A DNA stretch of 64,000 nt, from assembly GCF_009914755.1 (NCBI RefSeq), contig NC_060931.1; one strand, given 5' to 3'. Below are positions 28,540 to 62,338 of this stretch, piece by piece. The notes below the pieces were generated by a model. It had not been told where the DNA came from and searched no databases. It saw only the letters and a program-made list of their open reading frames with translations. The stretch's first letter is position 1; the number at the start of each line of letters is the position of its first letter. The DNA comes from the human T2T-CHM13v2.0 reference genome, Homo sapiens. Both the position numbers and the translations under genes were made by a program.

Positions 28540-29112
28540 ACAATTTTATAATTTCAACTTTTATTTTAGATTCAGAGAGTACATGTGCAGGTTTGTTACG
28601 TGAGTATTTCGCATGATGCTGAGGTTGGGGGTATGAACGATCCCATCCCCAGATAGTGAGCATGGTACCCAATAGGTGGCTTTTCTGCCCTTGCCTTCCC
28701 CCTCTCTTCCCTCTACCCCCTCTAGTAGCACCCTGTGTCTGCTGCCCCATCTTTATGTCCATATGTACCCAAAGTATGTCCATATGTCCCACTTGTAAGT
28801 AAGAACATGCAGCATTTGGTTTTCTGTTTCTATGTTAATTCTCTTAGGATCAGGGCCTCTGGTTGCATCCATGTTGCTGCAAAAGACATGATCTCATTCT
28901 TTTTTATGGCTGTGTAGTATTTTACAGTGTATATGTACCACATTTTCTTTATCCAGTCCACCACTGATGGGCATATAAGTTGACTTCATGTCTTTACCAT
29001 TGTGAATAGTGCTGCGATAAACATACAAGTGCATGTGCCTTTTTGGTAGAATGATTTATTTTCTTTTGGGTCTATACCAAGTAATGAGATTGCTGGGTAA
29101 ATGGTAGTCCTG
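28540..29112 (-). mobile_element. L1PA/PB 3' end
   Basis: TACATGTGCAGGTTTGTTAC...CATCCATGTTGCTGCAAAAGACATGATCTCATTC. Confidence 0.85.
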
Positions 29113-29759
29113 AGCAGACTGTTTGAGGCCAGGAGTTTGTGACCAGCCTGGGCAACATGGCAAAACCCCATCTCTACTAAAAATACAAAGAAATTAGCTG
29201 GGCATAGTGGCACATGCCTGTAGCCCCAGCTACTTGGGAGGCTGAGATGGGAGAATCACTTGAACCCAAGAGACGGAGGTTTCAGTGAGCTGAGATCACA
29301 CCACTGCACTCCAGCCTGGGTGACAGAGCAGGACTCTGTCTCAAAAAACAAAAAAAAGACAATGTGAGAATCTTAAAAGCTCAGAGAGAAGAGTAACTCT
29401 CACAGACAAGGGATCCGGTTAACATTAGCAGCTGATTTCTCAGCAGAAAACTTGGAAGGCCAGTAGATAGTGGATTATATATTTAAAATAATGAAGAAAC
29501 ATGTCAATTGAGAAGTCTATAGCTGGAAAACCTGTCCTTCAAAAATGAGGGAGAAATTAAGACATTTCCAGCTTTTTTTTAAAAGCTGAGAAATCCATTT
29601 ATCTCTAAATTTGCCATACAAGAAGTGTTAAAGTCCTTCAGGTTGAAATAAATGAACTCTAGGCAGTAATTATATAAGTAAATAAGCAAGTTATATGAAT
29701 ATATAAAGCCCTCTGGTAAAGGTAAATACATAAACAAACATAAAAACAGTATTATTGTA

Positions 29760-32133
<2,374 letters not shown>

Positions 32134-32313
32134 TTATTTCTTACGATGTTTGTCTTTCTTTGTATCGGTGCTCAGCTGAGTCTGCAGTGCTTCGGAGGCA
32201 GCTTTCATTTTATAAAAATCTATGATTTCTCCTTCCAGTTGTTTTTTCTCTTCCTCGAGCTTCCTTATCTCCTCCTGTTGAATCATTTTAAGATGCTCGA
32301 ACTTGTCCTGCAG
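32134..32313 (-). CDS. SEPTIN14: Septin-14 last coding exon (LQDKFEHLK...TKKDKHRKK*), coiled-coil C-terminus
   Basis: Acceptor tttcacAG (32315-32314), phase 0, 59 codons plus TAA. Matches the septin-14 C-terminus. Confidence 0.97.
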   Translation of the reverse strand: MQDKFEHLKMIQQEEIRKLEEEKKQLEGEIIDFYKMKAASEALQTQLSTDTKKDKHRKK

Positions 32314-32959
32314 CTGTGAAACCAATGTGCAGTTGTGACACCAAAGCACAGTGTGGCTGAACACCCAAAAGAATATGCTTTTTTCTAAATATCAAACAAA
32401 CCCAAATCATCACAGTAGAGCATGATCTTAATAACAACCTCAAAAACTCAGGAGTAAACACTGAGATATGGAATTTTTCTTTTCTTTCTTTTTTCCTTTT
32501 TTGAGATGGAGTCTCACTCTGCTGCCCAGGCTGGAGTGCAGTGGCGCGATCTCAGCTCACTGCAACCTCCATCTCCTGGTTCGAGTGATTCTCCTGCCTT
32601 AGCCTCCCGAGAAGCTGGGACTACAGGCATGCACCACCATGCCCAGCTAATTTTTGTATTTTTAGTAGAGACGGGGTTTCACCATGTTGGCCAGGCTGGT
32701 CTTGAACTCCTAACCTCAGGTGATCCTCCCGCTTTGGCCTCCCAAAGACTTTTTTTTAATATAGAAGCAAGGTCTCACTATGTTGCCCAGGCTGGTCTCA
32801 AACTCCTGAGCTCAAGTGATCCTCCCACCTCAGCTTCCCAAAGTGCTGGGACTGACTGGATGCAGTGGCTCATGCTTGTAAACTCAGCACTCTGGGAGGC
32901 CAAGGCAGAAGGATCGCTTGAGTCCAGGAGTTCAAGACCAGCCTGGGCAATGTAACACA

Positions 32960-39890
<6,931 letters not shown>

Positions 39891-40182
39891 AACACATAGT
39901 TGAGATATGGAAAAGAAACTAATCTCCAGAGAGAAAGAAAAAAGAAGCAGACGTACAGGAATAAGGTTCATAACTAAGGGAAGTGAGGTGGGAGAGAAAG
40001 AGAAAATTTAAATGGTTGCTTCGGTTTCTGGTCACTTCCTAGTTTTGGTTTAAGTCTTCATGAGGCCAGGCGCGATGGCTCATGTCTGTAATCCCAGCAC
40101 TTTGGGAGGCCGAGGCAGGCGGATCACGAGGTCAGGAGATCGAGATCATCCTGGCTAACACGGTGAAACCCCATCTCTACTA

Positions 40183-40353
<171 letters not shown>

Positions 40354-40425
40354 CTAAAAAAAAAAAAAAAAAAAAAAAAAGTCTTCATGAGATCCAGCTA
40401 TGTCTCTTGTCCTTAGATGTCATGA

Positions 40426-40662
<237 letters not shown>

Positions 40663-41478
40663 TGAGACGGGGTTTCACCACGTTGGCCAGGCTGGTCTTG
40701 AACTCCTGGCTTTAGGGGATCCGCCCGCCTCCATCTCCCAAAGTGCTGGGATTATAGGTGTGAGCCACCGCACCCGGCTGGAATTTTTATTACTTATAAT
40801 TCAACTGTCTTTGAATGAGACATCTGGCCTATAGCACCTAATTACTACTATTCTGTTCTTATGAAAAAGGAAGTTTATGTTCCAATTTACCTAATTAAAC
40901 TAAATGTTCTTAAACTAAAGCCACCTACACTTGAGAGAAAGAAATTATGGTTTCAAAAATATGTCTTCACCAAAAACGTATTTGTGGCAAATAATTAAAA
41001 CGATATTAATAGCTTTTTTCCCCATTTTATTAGAAATGGCATGGAATAACATAATTTACCAACTTAAAATTTTCTCATTAATCAAGGCCAGCATTAGTCA
41101 ACATTTGCTTTTTATAAAAGTGAAGACAATTTTCTAGTGCATTAATAGCATTAGACAGTACAAGACTCTTCTCAGAGTAAATAGCTTGGGTTTGTCACAA
41201 ATTAAACTTTATGCATGAAAATTTAAATTATAAATAAAACATAATTTTTATAAAATTATCTTCAGGGTTATTTAAATGGGAAAATTAAGTTCTCTAGAAA
41301 AAACACTACAGACTATAATTTTGTAAAGGCTATATTCAAGTCTACATGGTAAAAAGCTACTTTTTGAAAAATAGCAAGTATCCTCCAAAAACATCAAGTA
41401 AACTCTTGAGATTAAAACCCCCAAATTAATAGGGCACCTAAAAATTAATACAAATTATATCAAACTGTCAGTACTAAC

Positions 41479-41611
41479 CTCTTTTTCAGCTTCTTTAAAT
41501 GTTGCTTCTTTCTCCTTGACTCGCTGCATAAATCTCTGTTTCAACTCTTCTTCTTCCCTCTGACATTGATCATAGAACTCTTGTCTTTTGGCTTCAAAGA
41601 TTTCTTGAAAA
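41479..41611 (-). CDS. SEPTIN14: Septin-14 exon, 133 nt ((S)[44 protein letters not shown])
   Basis: Acceptor tctctttAG and donor GAG|GTTAGT. Phase 2 to 0, in frame with its neighbours. Contains the septin F..RVKEKE motif. Confidence 0.97.
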
Positions 41612-42176
41612 CTAAAGAGAAATGTTTTCTTAGTCTTATATTAAAATGAGGTAGGAGGATCGCTTGAACCCAGGAGGCGGAGTTTGCAGAGAATCAAAAT
41701 CGTGCCACTGCACGTCAGCCTGGGAGACAGAGTAAGACTCCATCATAAAAAAATAAAATAAAATGAAAAATAAAAACACACTAGTATAAACATGTAAAAA
41801 ATATATATTGTATGTTACATCCTATATAAGGAAATTTACCAACATTCTCTCATGTTTAGCAGCACAAAATGGAAATTTCCATATCATAAGATGTAAAAAC
41901 CAAGGCACAATACTTAAGATCAGAGTATATAGACAGTATATGTAAAGAATACTAGAATTTTCCAACACTTATATGAGTGAATTCTTATCCCCACCACTTT
42001 CCAGGATATCATACATTTTCATATCTTTTGACAATAACATTCAGGGAAACCTCTAATGTATGAGACGATTTTCAAAAATCCTCTAAAATAAAGCAAAAAG
42101 TCTTTCAAAATATCATCATTCATTTAAGATAGTTAAATTTTGGGTGTCTACAAAGAACAATGAATGATATAACTAG

Positions 42177-42434
<258 letters not shown>

Positions 42435-42703
42435 TGATCTTAAACTCCTGACCTCAGGTAATCTGCCTGTCTCGGTTTCCCAAAGTGCTGGGATTACAGG
42501 CGGGAGCCACTGCACCCGGCTCTATTCTTCAAGTTAGAGCAAACACCTGCTCTCAAACTTTTCTCATTTAACTTCCAGGATGCTGCACTACTGCTTTTCA
42601 GCTGGTTCCTCCATCAAACTCTTCTTAATGTCTTTTGTCAAACTTTGCTAATATTTTTCCATCTTTTTCTTTATCCTTTCTTTTTTTTTCTTTTTTTTTT
42701 TAA

Positions 42704-42862
<159 letters not shown>

Positions 42863-43310
42863 TAGTAGACACAGGGTTTTACCATGTTGGCCAGGCTGCT
42901 CTCAAATACCTGACCTTAGATGATCCGCCCGCCTCAGCCTCCCAAAGTGCTGGGATTACAGGCATGAGCCACAGCGCCCGGCCTATCCTTTCTTTCACAT
43001 AATACAGATACATTTCATATAAATACAAAAAATGGAACAAAATACTGGGTTTTTTCATCAATATACATTTCAGCATATATACATATTGAATACACATATT
43101 TCAGCATAAAAATGAGATCTCGCATTATATTGTTCCTACTATCTCTACCTTCGTCAAAAGATCATAAAAACACCTAACATTCAGGTGTTTTCTTTATGAT
43201 GGCTCAAGATGGGAGAAGTATAATTATTCTCATATCCAAATTATCATACCTTGTGTTTGTAGGGACTCCTAAATTATCCATTTGGTTGTGCTAGCAATAT
43301 TTTTACTCAC

Positions 43311-43479
43311 CTAACTGGCTGGTTGTTTGGACCCACATCTGTAAAGCCCATTTTCTGCAGTTTTTGGTACCTATAACATTCATAGTGCTGAGTGTGGGTT
43401 TTTTCTTTTAGATTTTCCATATTGGTACAAAGAAGCATATCTCGGAGCTTAACGAAGTCACAGTGATTTTCATTTTCCA
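43311..43479 (-). CDS. SEPTIN14: Septin-14 exon, 169 nt ((V)[55 protein letters not shown](S))
   Basis: Acceptor ttttactAG and donor AG|GTGAGT. Contains the septin unique element (VENxxHCDFxKLR...HYExYR). Confidence 0.97.
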
Positions 43480-44704
43480 CTAGTAAAAAAATAATAATGA
43501 ATCAACAACATTCAGTATCAATCCCTGACAATCAGTAAGTGTTCATGAATGAATACATGAATAAAAAACACATTTAAAATAACACACAACTGAACAATTT
43601 GATTAATAGCTATAATTCTTTTAAGCATGTAAGTGTGGTTGTACTATACATACCAACCATAGGCAGAGATTATTTATAGGTTAGCAAATTTGCTTTAAAC
43701 TTATTACCTGAAGAATAAGCAGGAAATAGTGAAATAATATTTTATGTGCATATATGCCATAGGTTTTTATTAACAATTGTGTAGTATGTTATAAACTACC
43801 TCTGGGTATTTTGGAGTGCTAACAGAATATGTAATATAACATCACTAGTGTAAATAATTTTATCAGAGTAAATTCTGCTAGCAAAAAGGCCTTACAATTG
43901 AAAATACTTTAGTTACATATTTCCATTTATATATCATATTTAGGAGACACCGTTAGTCAATATTCAAAATCAATCAACAAATTCACATAGCTGTTTTAAT
44001 GATACATACAGACTGACAGTGAAGACACGGAAAGATATTTCATGCAATTAGAAACTAAAAGAGAAGGCACGGAAAGCTATACTCCTATCACAGAAGATAG
44101 ACTTTAAGTCAAAAACTGTAAAATGATATAAAGAAGGTCATCATATCATGATGAAGAGGTCAGTTCATTAAAAAAATAACAATTGTAAATATATATGCAC
44201 CCAATATCACAACTTCTAAATATATAAGGCAAATATTAGCAGACCTGAGGGGGAGATAGACTGTATTACAATAATAGTAAGGGACTTAGATACCCTACTT
44301 TCAGCAATGGATAGATTATCCAGACAGAATATCAGTAAGAAAATATCAGATTTAAACTACACTTTAGACCAAATAGACCTAATGGACATATGTGGAATAT
44401 TTCATCCAACAGCAAAGTAATACCCATTTTTCTCAAACAAACACAAGACATTCTTCAGGATAGATCATATGTTAGGCCACAAAATAAGTCTTAACATATT
44501 TTAAAAGACTGAAATAAAAATGTGAGTGCACATGTCTTTTGACAGATCAATTTCATTCCACTAGGGTACATACCCAGTAGTGGTACTGCTGGATCATACA
44601 GTAATACTATTTTTAGTTTTTGAGGAACCTTCATATTATTTCCCAAAATGGCTGTACCAACTTAAATTCCCACCAATGATGTTTAAGAATTCCCTTTTTT
44701 CTTA

Positions 44705-46007
<1,303 letters not shown>

Positions 46008-46045
46008 GAATTCTCTCTTCTCCATATGCTTGCCAGCACTTGTAA

Positions 46046-46258
<213 letters not shown>

Positions 46259-46558
46259 TAGCCAGGATGGTCTCCATCTCCTGACCTCGTGATCCACCTG
46301 CCTCAGCCTCCCAAAGTGCTGGGATTACAGGTGTGAGCCACTGCGCCCGGCCTGTCTTTTTGATAATAGTCATTCTAAAAGACATGAAGTGATACTTCAT
46401 CATGTGTTTAATTCGCATTTTCCTGATGTTTTAGAGATGCTATTTTTTTCATATTTCTTTTGCCATTTGTATTTCTTCTTTTGAGAAATGCCTGTTCAGA
46501 TCCTTTGCCCATTTTTCCTTGTGTTATTTGTTTTCTTGCTATTGAGTTGTTAGAGTAA

Positions 46559-46936
<378 letters not shown>

Positions 46937-46948
46937 TGATCACCCGCC

Positions 46949-47978
<1,030 letters not shown>

Positions 47979-48003
47979 TAAAGCACTGGGATTACAGGTG
48001 TGA

Positions 48004-48178
<175 letters not shown>

Positions 48179-48802
48179 TAAGTTTTTGCATTTTTAGTAG
48201 AAATGGGGTTTTGCCATGTGGGCCACGCTGGTCTCAAGCTCCTGGCCTCAAGTGATCCACCCGCCTCAGCCTCCCAAAGTGCTGGGATTACAGGCATGAG
48301 CCACCGTGTCTGGCCAAGTTTTACAGTTCTTAGTGTGCAGGTATTTTACTTCCTTGTTTAGATTTATTCCTAAGCATTTTATTTTTCAGCATTATTCACA
48401 ATAGCTAAGATATGGAAGCAATCTAATCTAAATGCCCATCAACAAGATACACAATAAAATACTATAGAGCTTTTAAAAAGAATGAAATCCTGTCATGTGT
48501 AAAACCTGAATGAAACTGTAGGACATTATGCTAAGAGAAATAAACCAGGCACAGAAGGACAAATACTGCATAATCTCACTTATATGTGGTAACTAAAAAT
48601 GTCAATCTCACAGAAATAGAGAGTAGACAGGTGGTGACTGGAGGAAAGTGGGGAGACTGAGGGATGAGGAAATGGAAAATATTGATCAAACGGTACGAAG
48701 TTTTAGTTAGACTGGAGGAATAAGCTTCAGTGATCTACGGCACTGTATGGTGACTACAGTTAATAATAAGCTACTGTATATTTCAAAATTGCTAAAATGG
48801 GG

Positions 48803-52730
<3,928 letters not shown>

Positions 52731-52822
52731 ACACAGGCCCAGTGTGGTGGCTCATGCCTGTAATCCTAGCATTTTGGGAGGCTGAGGCAGGCAGATCACC
52801 TGAGGTCAGGAGTTTGAGACTA

Positions 52823-53005
<183 letters not shown>

Positions 53006-53029
53006 CTAAACTCCATCTCAAAAAAAAAA

Positions 53030-54175
<1,146 letters not shown>

Positions 54176-54380
54176 AATTTGTATGGCTCTCTCCTGTGTT
54201 TGTCATGTCCAGAAGATTGACCACAATATATGGTTTATTGTGATTAATACTGTGACCAAATTTTATGTATCAACATATAGTATAGATATATATTTTATAA
54301 CATATACTAACATGTAATACAACATAATAAATATTAAAACATTAAGTTTTAAGTATGCTTAACAAATTTTAAATTTTCTA

Positions 54381-54470
<90 letters not shown>

Positions 54471-54506
54471 TCACCGGAGGTCAGGAGTTCAAGATCAGCC
54501 TCACTA

Positions 54507-54803
<297 letters not shown>

Positions 54804-55347
54804 TTACTACACTATTCTAACTCATTATGATGCTAAATAATAATATAAATGTCAAAGGTATAATCTCTAGCCAAAGGTAAATTGTACTTTCTTGTTTTAA
54901 AAAGTTTATAACTCTTTTTTCTAGTGACCAGTTTAAAATGGTTTCTACATTAGGTAGTAATGAGTTTATGTAACATGTCTACACACTAGTATTTTTGCTT
55001 CCATTTTGTTGAAAGTGCTTTCCAGCACTCTCAGTGTCATGATTTATACAGAGAGATAATATGTACATGGCACATTGGGAGCGTTGGGATAGACAAAGAG
55101 GTTCTTCCCAGCCTCTGTAGATTTTGGCTTAAAGCAGCGTTCAGCAAACTTCTATGAGAATGAATCATAGTCAAAGTAAGCATTAGTTTAAATAAAACAG
55201 AGTTTGTGTTCCCCATTAGTAACTGTTAACTTACAGATTAGCAAGAGTTACCAATATTAGTTCAAGTTAAAATGTTATTTTGAGACTATGAGTGATACAC
55301 ATATATTTAACTTAATCATTCCAAAGCCTGCCCTCTGTCATTTTTAC

Positions 55348-55444
55348 CTTGCAAAACTCCCCAAGGGTAGTGACGGCCTCTGACCATCCTTTTTCCAACT
55401 TTCACTTCATCTGTACTCCCTACCACAGCAAAGGGTAACAGCCC
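55348..55444 (-). CDS. SEPTIN14: Septin-14 exon, 97 nt ([32 protein letters not shown](V))
   Basis: Acceptor gttttctAG and donor AAG|GTAAAA. Contains septin PFAVVGS and RxYPWG motifs. Upstream exons lie beyond the window. Confidence 0.97.
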
Positions 55445-55625
55445 CTAGAAAACAAGAATGACATGAATTGAATTCTCTAGCACCATTAGAGCTTACTCTA
55501 TTACTCTCATTCCTGTTATAAAAATGACAGGCCAGCGCGGTGGCTCATGCCTGTAATCCCAGCACTTTGGGAGGCCGAGGTGGGCGGATCATGAGGTCAG
55601 GAGATCGAGACCATCCTGGCTATCA

Positions 55626-55854
<229 letters not shown>

Positions 55855-56184
55855 TTAGACAGGGATCTACCCTGCATCTCATTTTAAGACTTGACAGTAT
55901 GCACTAATTGGTTTCTGTCAGCATAAGTCTCAGGCTGTGCACACAATTGGAAACTGTCTACTGAGCCAGAGCCTAAAGCAAGGTATCCTGCTGTGGGAAA
56001 CACATAGAAAAAAGATTTTCAGTAGGCATCATTTTTCTCACACTATGTTTACCCTGAACCATCTTTAACCTGAATGTTGAAGAAATAACATGCAAATAAC
56101 TTTTAACTCTGGTATAAAAGTTAAAAGACAAAAATATTAAAAACAACTACAACTATTATAATAATTAATGGATACACAATATAA

Positions 56185-56440
<256 letters not shown>

Positions 56441-56862
56441 TGAACTCCTGACCTCAGGTGTTCTGTCCACCTCAGCCTCCCAAAGTGCTGAGATTACGGG
56501 CGTGAGCCACCACGCCCATCCCAAATAATTTTTTACATTTTACATTACTTAGCATTTCAATTCAGAAATCTATTAGTGTTTGAGGTATCTTAAAATAAAG
56601 GAGGTGTAAATTATAAGAAAAGAGAAATGGAAGACATGGAATTAACAGTTATCAGTTACAGTTACCTGTTACATTCTAGACTCTGTGTTTCAGATCCTTC
56701 ACAAAGATTTTGGCACTTACACCTCAGAAAAAAAGCCTTAATAGAAGTGTCATTGATCCCATAGCATAGATAACAGTCTCAGGGAAGATGAGTGAATTGT
56801 GCAGGATCTTTTGGCTTTTAAGTAGAGAAGCTAGGATGGAAATCTAAATCTGTATACTTTCA

Positions 56863-57159
<297 letters not shown>

Positions 57160-58052
57160 TCAAAAGAAAAAAAGAAAAGAAAATTATCATCTTTCAAATT
57201 TAAGCTAATATTTTAGGTATTTACTAGCCTAAAATATTTACACAGATAAAGAGTTTCATCATCTTTATTACTGCCCTGATTCCAGAACCAGAGACAACAC
57301 AGCATTCGCATCCAACCCCCATCTACCTGTTTTTGAGGCTAAGTCCTTGGCAAGTCTATTTGAGAGTTGGAGGCTCCCTTTTACCACTCAAGACCTACTT
57401 GTGAAATAGGGGCCCTGCCTTGGATGCAGCAAACAGAGAAGATGGGGGCCCTGACCATCCTTGCCTGGTTCATGAGGCAGTGGCTCATTGTGTGGGGAAG
57501 TAATCCAAAGAACCTCAGACTGGTGCTCCTCCTCACTGAGCTCTCAGTTACCAGTGGGTGCCTGAAGCTTCAGGGCAGGGTGGGTAACCTGCCATTGTTT
57601 CCACCCACAATTCCAGAACCCTGCCTCAGAGATTTTACCTTGGAGGAGAAACAGGCCATGAAATGGAGAAAACCCATTCAAAAAATTATATGTAATCCCA
57701 AGGGACCTGAATAGCCAAAAAAATATTGAAAAGAAAGACCAAAGTTAGAGGTCTCACACTTCTAGAATTCAAAACATATTACAAAGCTACAGTAATCAAA
57801 ATAGTTTGGAAGTAGCATAAAGACAGACATGTAGACCAATGGAATCAAATACAGAGTCCAGGGTTAATCCCTCCTTACCTATTCTTCTGTTGATGGATAT
57901 TTGGGTTGCTTCCATCTCTCAGCTACTGTGGATAATAATGCAATTTATATGGCTTTACAAATATCTAAGTAAGACCCTGCTTTCAATTCTTTCAGAGAAA
58001 GAGGATTGTTAGATCATATGGTAATTTTATTTTCAACTTTGGAGAAACCACC

Positions 58053-58407
58053 TATATTAGTCTGTTTTAACGCTACTGATAAAAGATATACCCAAGACTG
58101 GGAAGAAAAAGAGGCTTAATTGGACTTACAGTTCCACATGGCAGGGGAGGCCTTAGAAGCATGGTGGGAAGTGAAAGGCACTTCCTACATGGCAGCGGCA
58201 AGAGAAAATTAGGAAGAAGCAAAAGCAGAAACCCCTGATAAACCTGTCAGATCTCGTGAGACTTATTCACTATCACAAGAATAGCACAGGAAAGACCAGC
58301 CCCCATAATTCAATTACCTTCCCCTGGGTCCCTCCCGAAACATGTGGGAATTCTGGGAGATATGATTCAAGTTGAGATTTGGGTGGAGACACAGCCAAAC
58401 CATATAA
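58053..58407 (-). mobile_element. THE1 (THE1C-like) solo LTR
   Basis: THE1 motifs and 5-bp TSD CCACC at 58048-58052 and 58408-58412. Confidence 0.9.
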
Positions 58408-59238
58408 CCACCATACTGTTTTTCATAGTGGTTCTAGATGAGAAAAAGATAAAACTCTATTGAAAAAATCAGGGACTATCTAAATAAATGGAGAGACATT
58501 CCATGTACATGGATAGAAAGACTCAATATTGTCAAGATGTCAATGTTCCATAACTTAACCTATGTATTCACCACAACCCCAATCAAAATTTCACCAAATT
58601 ATTTTGTGAATAATAACAAATTAACTCCAAAATTTATATGAAAAGGCAAAAGAACTAGAATAGCCAATGCAATATTGAAGAAGAACAAAATTGGAAGACA
58701 TACTATTCAACCTCAGGATTCACTGCAAAGCCATAGTAATCAAAACAGCGTGGCATGGGCAAAATAATAGACAAACAGATCAATAGAGCAGAGCAGAGAG
58801 CCCAGAAATATGCCTACACAAATAAAGTTAACTAATATTTGACAAAGAAGCAATGGGAATTTAATGGAGACAAGATATTCTTTTCAATAAACAGTGCTGG
58901 AACTGAATACTCACATGTAAAAATAAGAATCTACAAACAGACCTTACATATTTCACAAAATTAACTCAAATTGGATCATAGGCCTAAATGTAAAGCATAA
59001 AACAATAAAATTCCTAGAAGATAATGTAGAGTCCTAATTAGAGAAAGGGAGTCAGGCTGGTGGGAGCAGGGGAAAGCAAAAAAAAAAAAAAAAAAAAAAT
59101 CAGATAAGCTACAAGTCTGCCTTTCTTCACCATCCAGAACACACGGCCCTCCTGCACAAATAACTCACAATCTTCCTGTGCCTAGCTATCAGCAGACCCT
59201 CGGCTGATACAAAAAATTGCAAGTTAGCTCACTGCCAC

Positions 59239-59916
59239 TGATAGTGGCAGGAGGCGGACAAATGCCTAGGCAGATAGGGGCAAGTCCCCAGGGAAACCCC
59301 ACTTCCAACCCAAGGATAGTTTAAAGCCTGAAAGCCAAGTTACAAGTCAAATCCATGGACTGGATTGAGAACCTGTCTTCCTGCTTGGTGCACTTTCCTC
59401 TGGCTGATCTCCACCCTTCACCTGTTTTACATATACCTACACTTCCTAATTGTTTTTTTCACATTGTTGTGCCCACCTTTGGGTGGTGCCTTTGTTTTAA
59501 CCTTTTTGCATACTCACAAACCAATCAGCATGCACTCGCCTATTCTGAGCCCATAAAAGCCCTGGGCTTAGCCACACAAGGAGAGAAACAGCCCCCAGGT
59601 CCCCTCTCCACTGAGAGCTGTTCCATCACTCAATAAAATTCTTCTGTCTTCCTCATCCTTCAATTGTCAGGGTATCCTCATTCTTCTTGGTTGTGGGACA
59701 AGAGCTCATGAACTGCTGATCTCAGATAGAAGCTTTAACACAGGCAGGCTGGGGCATGCTGGCCCAGCCACAGGCTGAGCCACTGTGCAAGCCAGAATGG
59801 GCCAAATGGATGGGGCTACCTGTGTGGCAGGTAGCGCGCCCAAGCAAGGCCCAGGTGGGGGTGTCACTGGCTGGAGGTCCCTGGCTGGCAAAATGATTGA
59901 GAGGAATCCTGCATCA
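59239..59916 (+). mobile_element. ERV1 solo LTR (LTR27/LTR28/MER52 group, tentative) nested in the outer LTR
   Basis: TGATAGTGGCAGGAGG...CCTGCATCA, TSD CCAC/CAAC, CCAAT, CATAAAA and AATAAA signals. Confidence 0.8.
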
Positions 59917-60111
59917 CAACCTTGGCATTATCAGCACTACACAAAGCCCTCTTCAGCATACAGCCTAAGAACTAGCCTATAAAATCTGCAGCAATCCTTT
60001 GTTTGTTTGCAGTCAGCTTCTTTCTTGCAAGCTGCCTGTTGCCTCCCTAGCAATGTATTTTCCTACTTTCTGTAATAAATCTACCTTCCTTACCTACAGC
60101 AAGGTAAATTC

Positions 60112-60202
60112 TTTTTTTTTTTTTTTGAGAGAGAGAGTGTCTCACTCTGTCACCCAGGCTGGAGTGCAGTGGTGCAATCCTGGCTCACTGCAACCTCTGC
60201 CT
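60112..60202 (-). mobile_element. 5'-truncated Alu (right-arm end only) inside the outer LTR
   Basis: TSD CA(G/A)CAAGGTAAATTCTTT at ~60097 and ~60203. Confidence 0.85.
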
Positions 60203-60709
60203 CAACAAGGTAAATTCTTTTATGCCTGCACCACCAGGCCAGATAGTCATCACTCCCTTGCAACAGATAACATAAAAGGAAATGCAGGTGACTTTGAATT
60301 TAGCAATGACTTCATCGATATAACACTGAAAACATCATTGATGAATGGAAAGAATCAATGAGTTGAACTTCATTAAAACTAAAACTTCTGCTAGCAAAAG
60401 ACACTGTTAAAGATAACAAGATAAGCCACCGACTGAGAGAAAATCTTTGCAAAACACACACTTGATAAAGGACTGATGTCCAAAATATACAAAGAACTCT
60501 TAAAACCCAACAAAAAAATGAACAACTCAATTAAAAATGGGCACAAGATCCAAATAGCCACCTCAACAAAAAAGATATTCAGATAACAAATTAGCATGTA
60601 AAAAAGATGATCAACATCATACATCCTCAGGGAATTGCAAATTAAAAGAAAAATACATGGTACTACACATTTATTAAATTTCCACCCACTGAATCTAAAA
60701 TAAAACTCA

Positions 60710-61110
<401 letters not shown>

Positions 61111-61894
61111 TCATTGCCAGTGGGAATGCAAAATGGCAGTAACCACATCGTAAGACTGGTAGTTTCTTTCGAAACTAAACGTACTTTTACCATATGATCA
61201 AGAAGTGCACTCATCAGTATTTATCCAAATAAGTTGAAAACTTGCGTCCATACAAAAGCCTGCACACAAATGTTTATAGCAACTTTACTCATAATTGCTA
61301 AAACTTGAAAGCATCCAAGATGTCCTTTAATCAGTGAGTGGATAAACAAACTGTGGCATACCTAAACATGAAATATTATTTAATAATGAGAAATCAGCTA
61401 TCAAGCCACAAAAAAAGACACAGAGAAACCTTAAATACATATTTCTAAGTGGATGAAGCCAATCCAAAAGTTCTACATGAACTATAATTCCAACTATGTG
61501 ATATTCCCAAAATAAAAAATTACGGAGAGTAAAAAGATCAATAGTTGCCAAGGGTAAAGGGAAAAGAGGGAGACAAATGAATAGGTCAAGTACAGGTGAT
61601 ATTTAGGGCAGTGAAACTATGGTGAATGTTACTGCAGTATGGGATAGAGGTCATTAGACATTTGTTGAAACCCATACAATGTTCAACACAAACAATGAAG
61701 ACTGTTGTCAGATACGAACTTTAGTTTATAACTTACCAATATTGCCTCATCAAGTGTAACAAATGCACCACACTTAATGCAGGATGTTAATAATAGAAGA
61801 AAATCAAGGGAGGGCATTAAGATCTCTGTTCTTTCCACTCAATTTTTCTACAACCATAAAACTACTAAAAAAACATAAAAGTATTTTACATTTA

Positions 61895-62023
<129 letters not shown>

Positions 62024-62218
62024 CTACTAAAAATACAAAAATTGGCCGGGCATGGTGGCTCACTCCTGTAATCCCAGCACTTTGGGAGGCCGAGGCGGGT
62101 GGATCACGAGGTCAGGAGATCGAGACCATCCTGGCTAACACAGTGAAACCCCATCTCTAATCAAAATACAAAAAATTAGCTGGGCGTGGTGGCAGGCGCC
62201 TGTAGTCCCAGCTACTCA

Positions 62219-62338
<120 letters not shown>

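Larger units (their letters stand above)
59025..60265 (+). mobile_element. ERV1 solo LTR (MER83/MER84-like, tentative), outer element
   Basis: TG...CA termini, TSD GATAA (59020-59024 and 60266-60270), internal TATAAAA and AATAAA. Confidence 0.8.

Noticed and set aside
32314-32364. N-terminal extension [17 protein letters not shown] of the septin ORF
   Set aside because: Intronic sequence upstream of the AG acceptor at 32315-32314.
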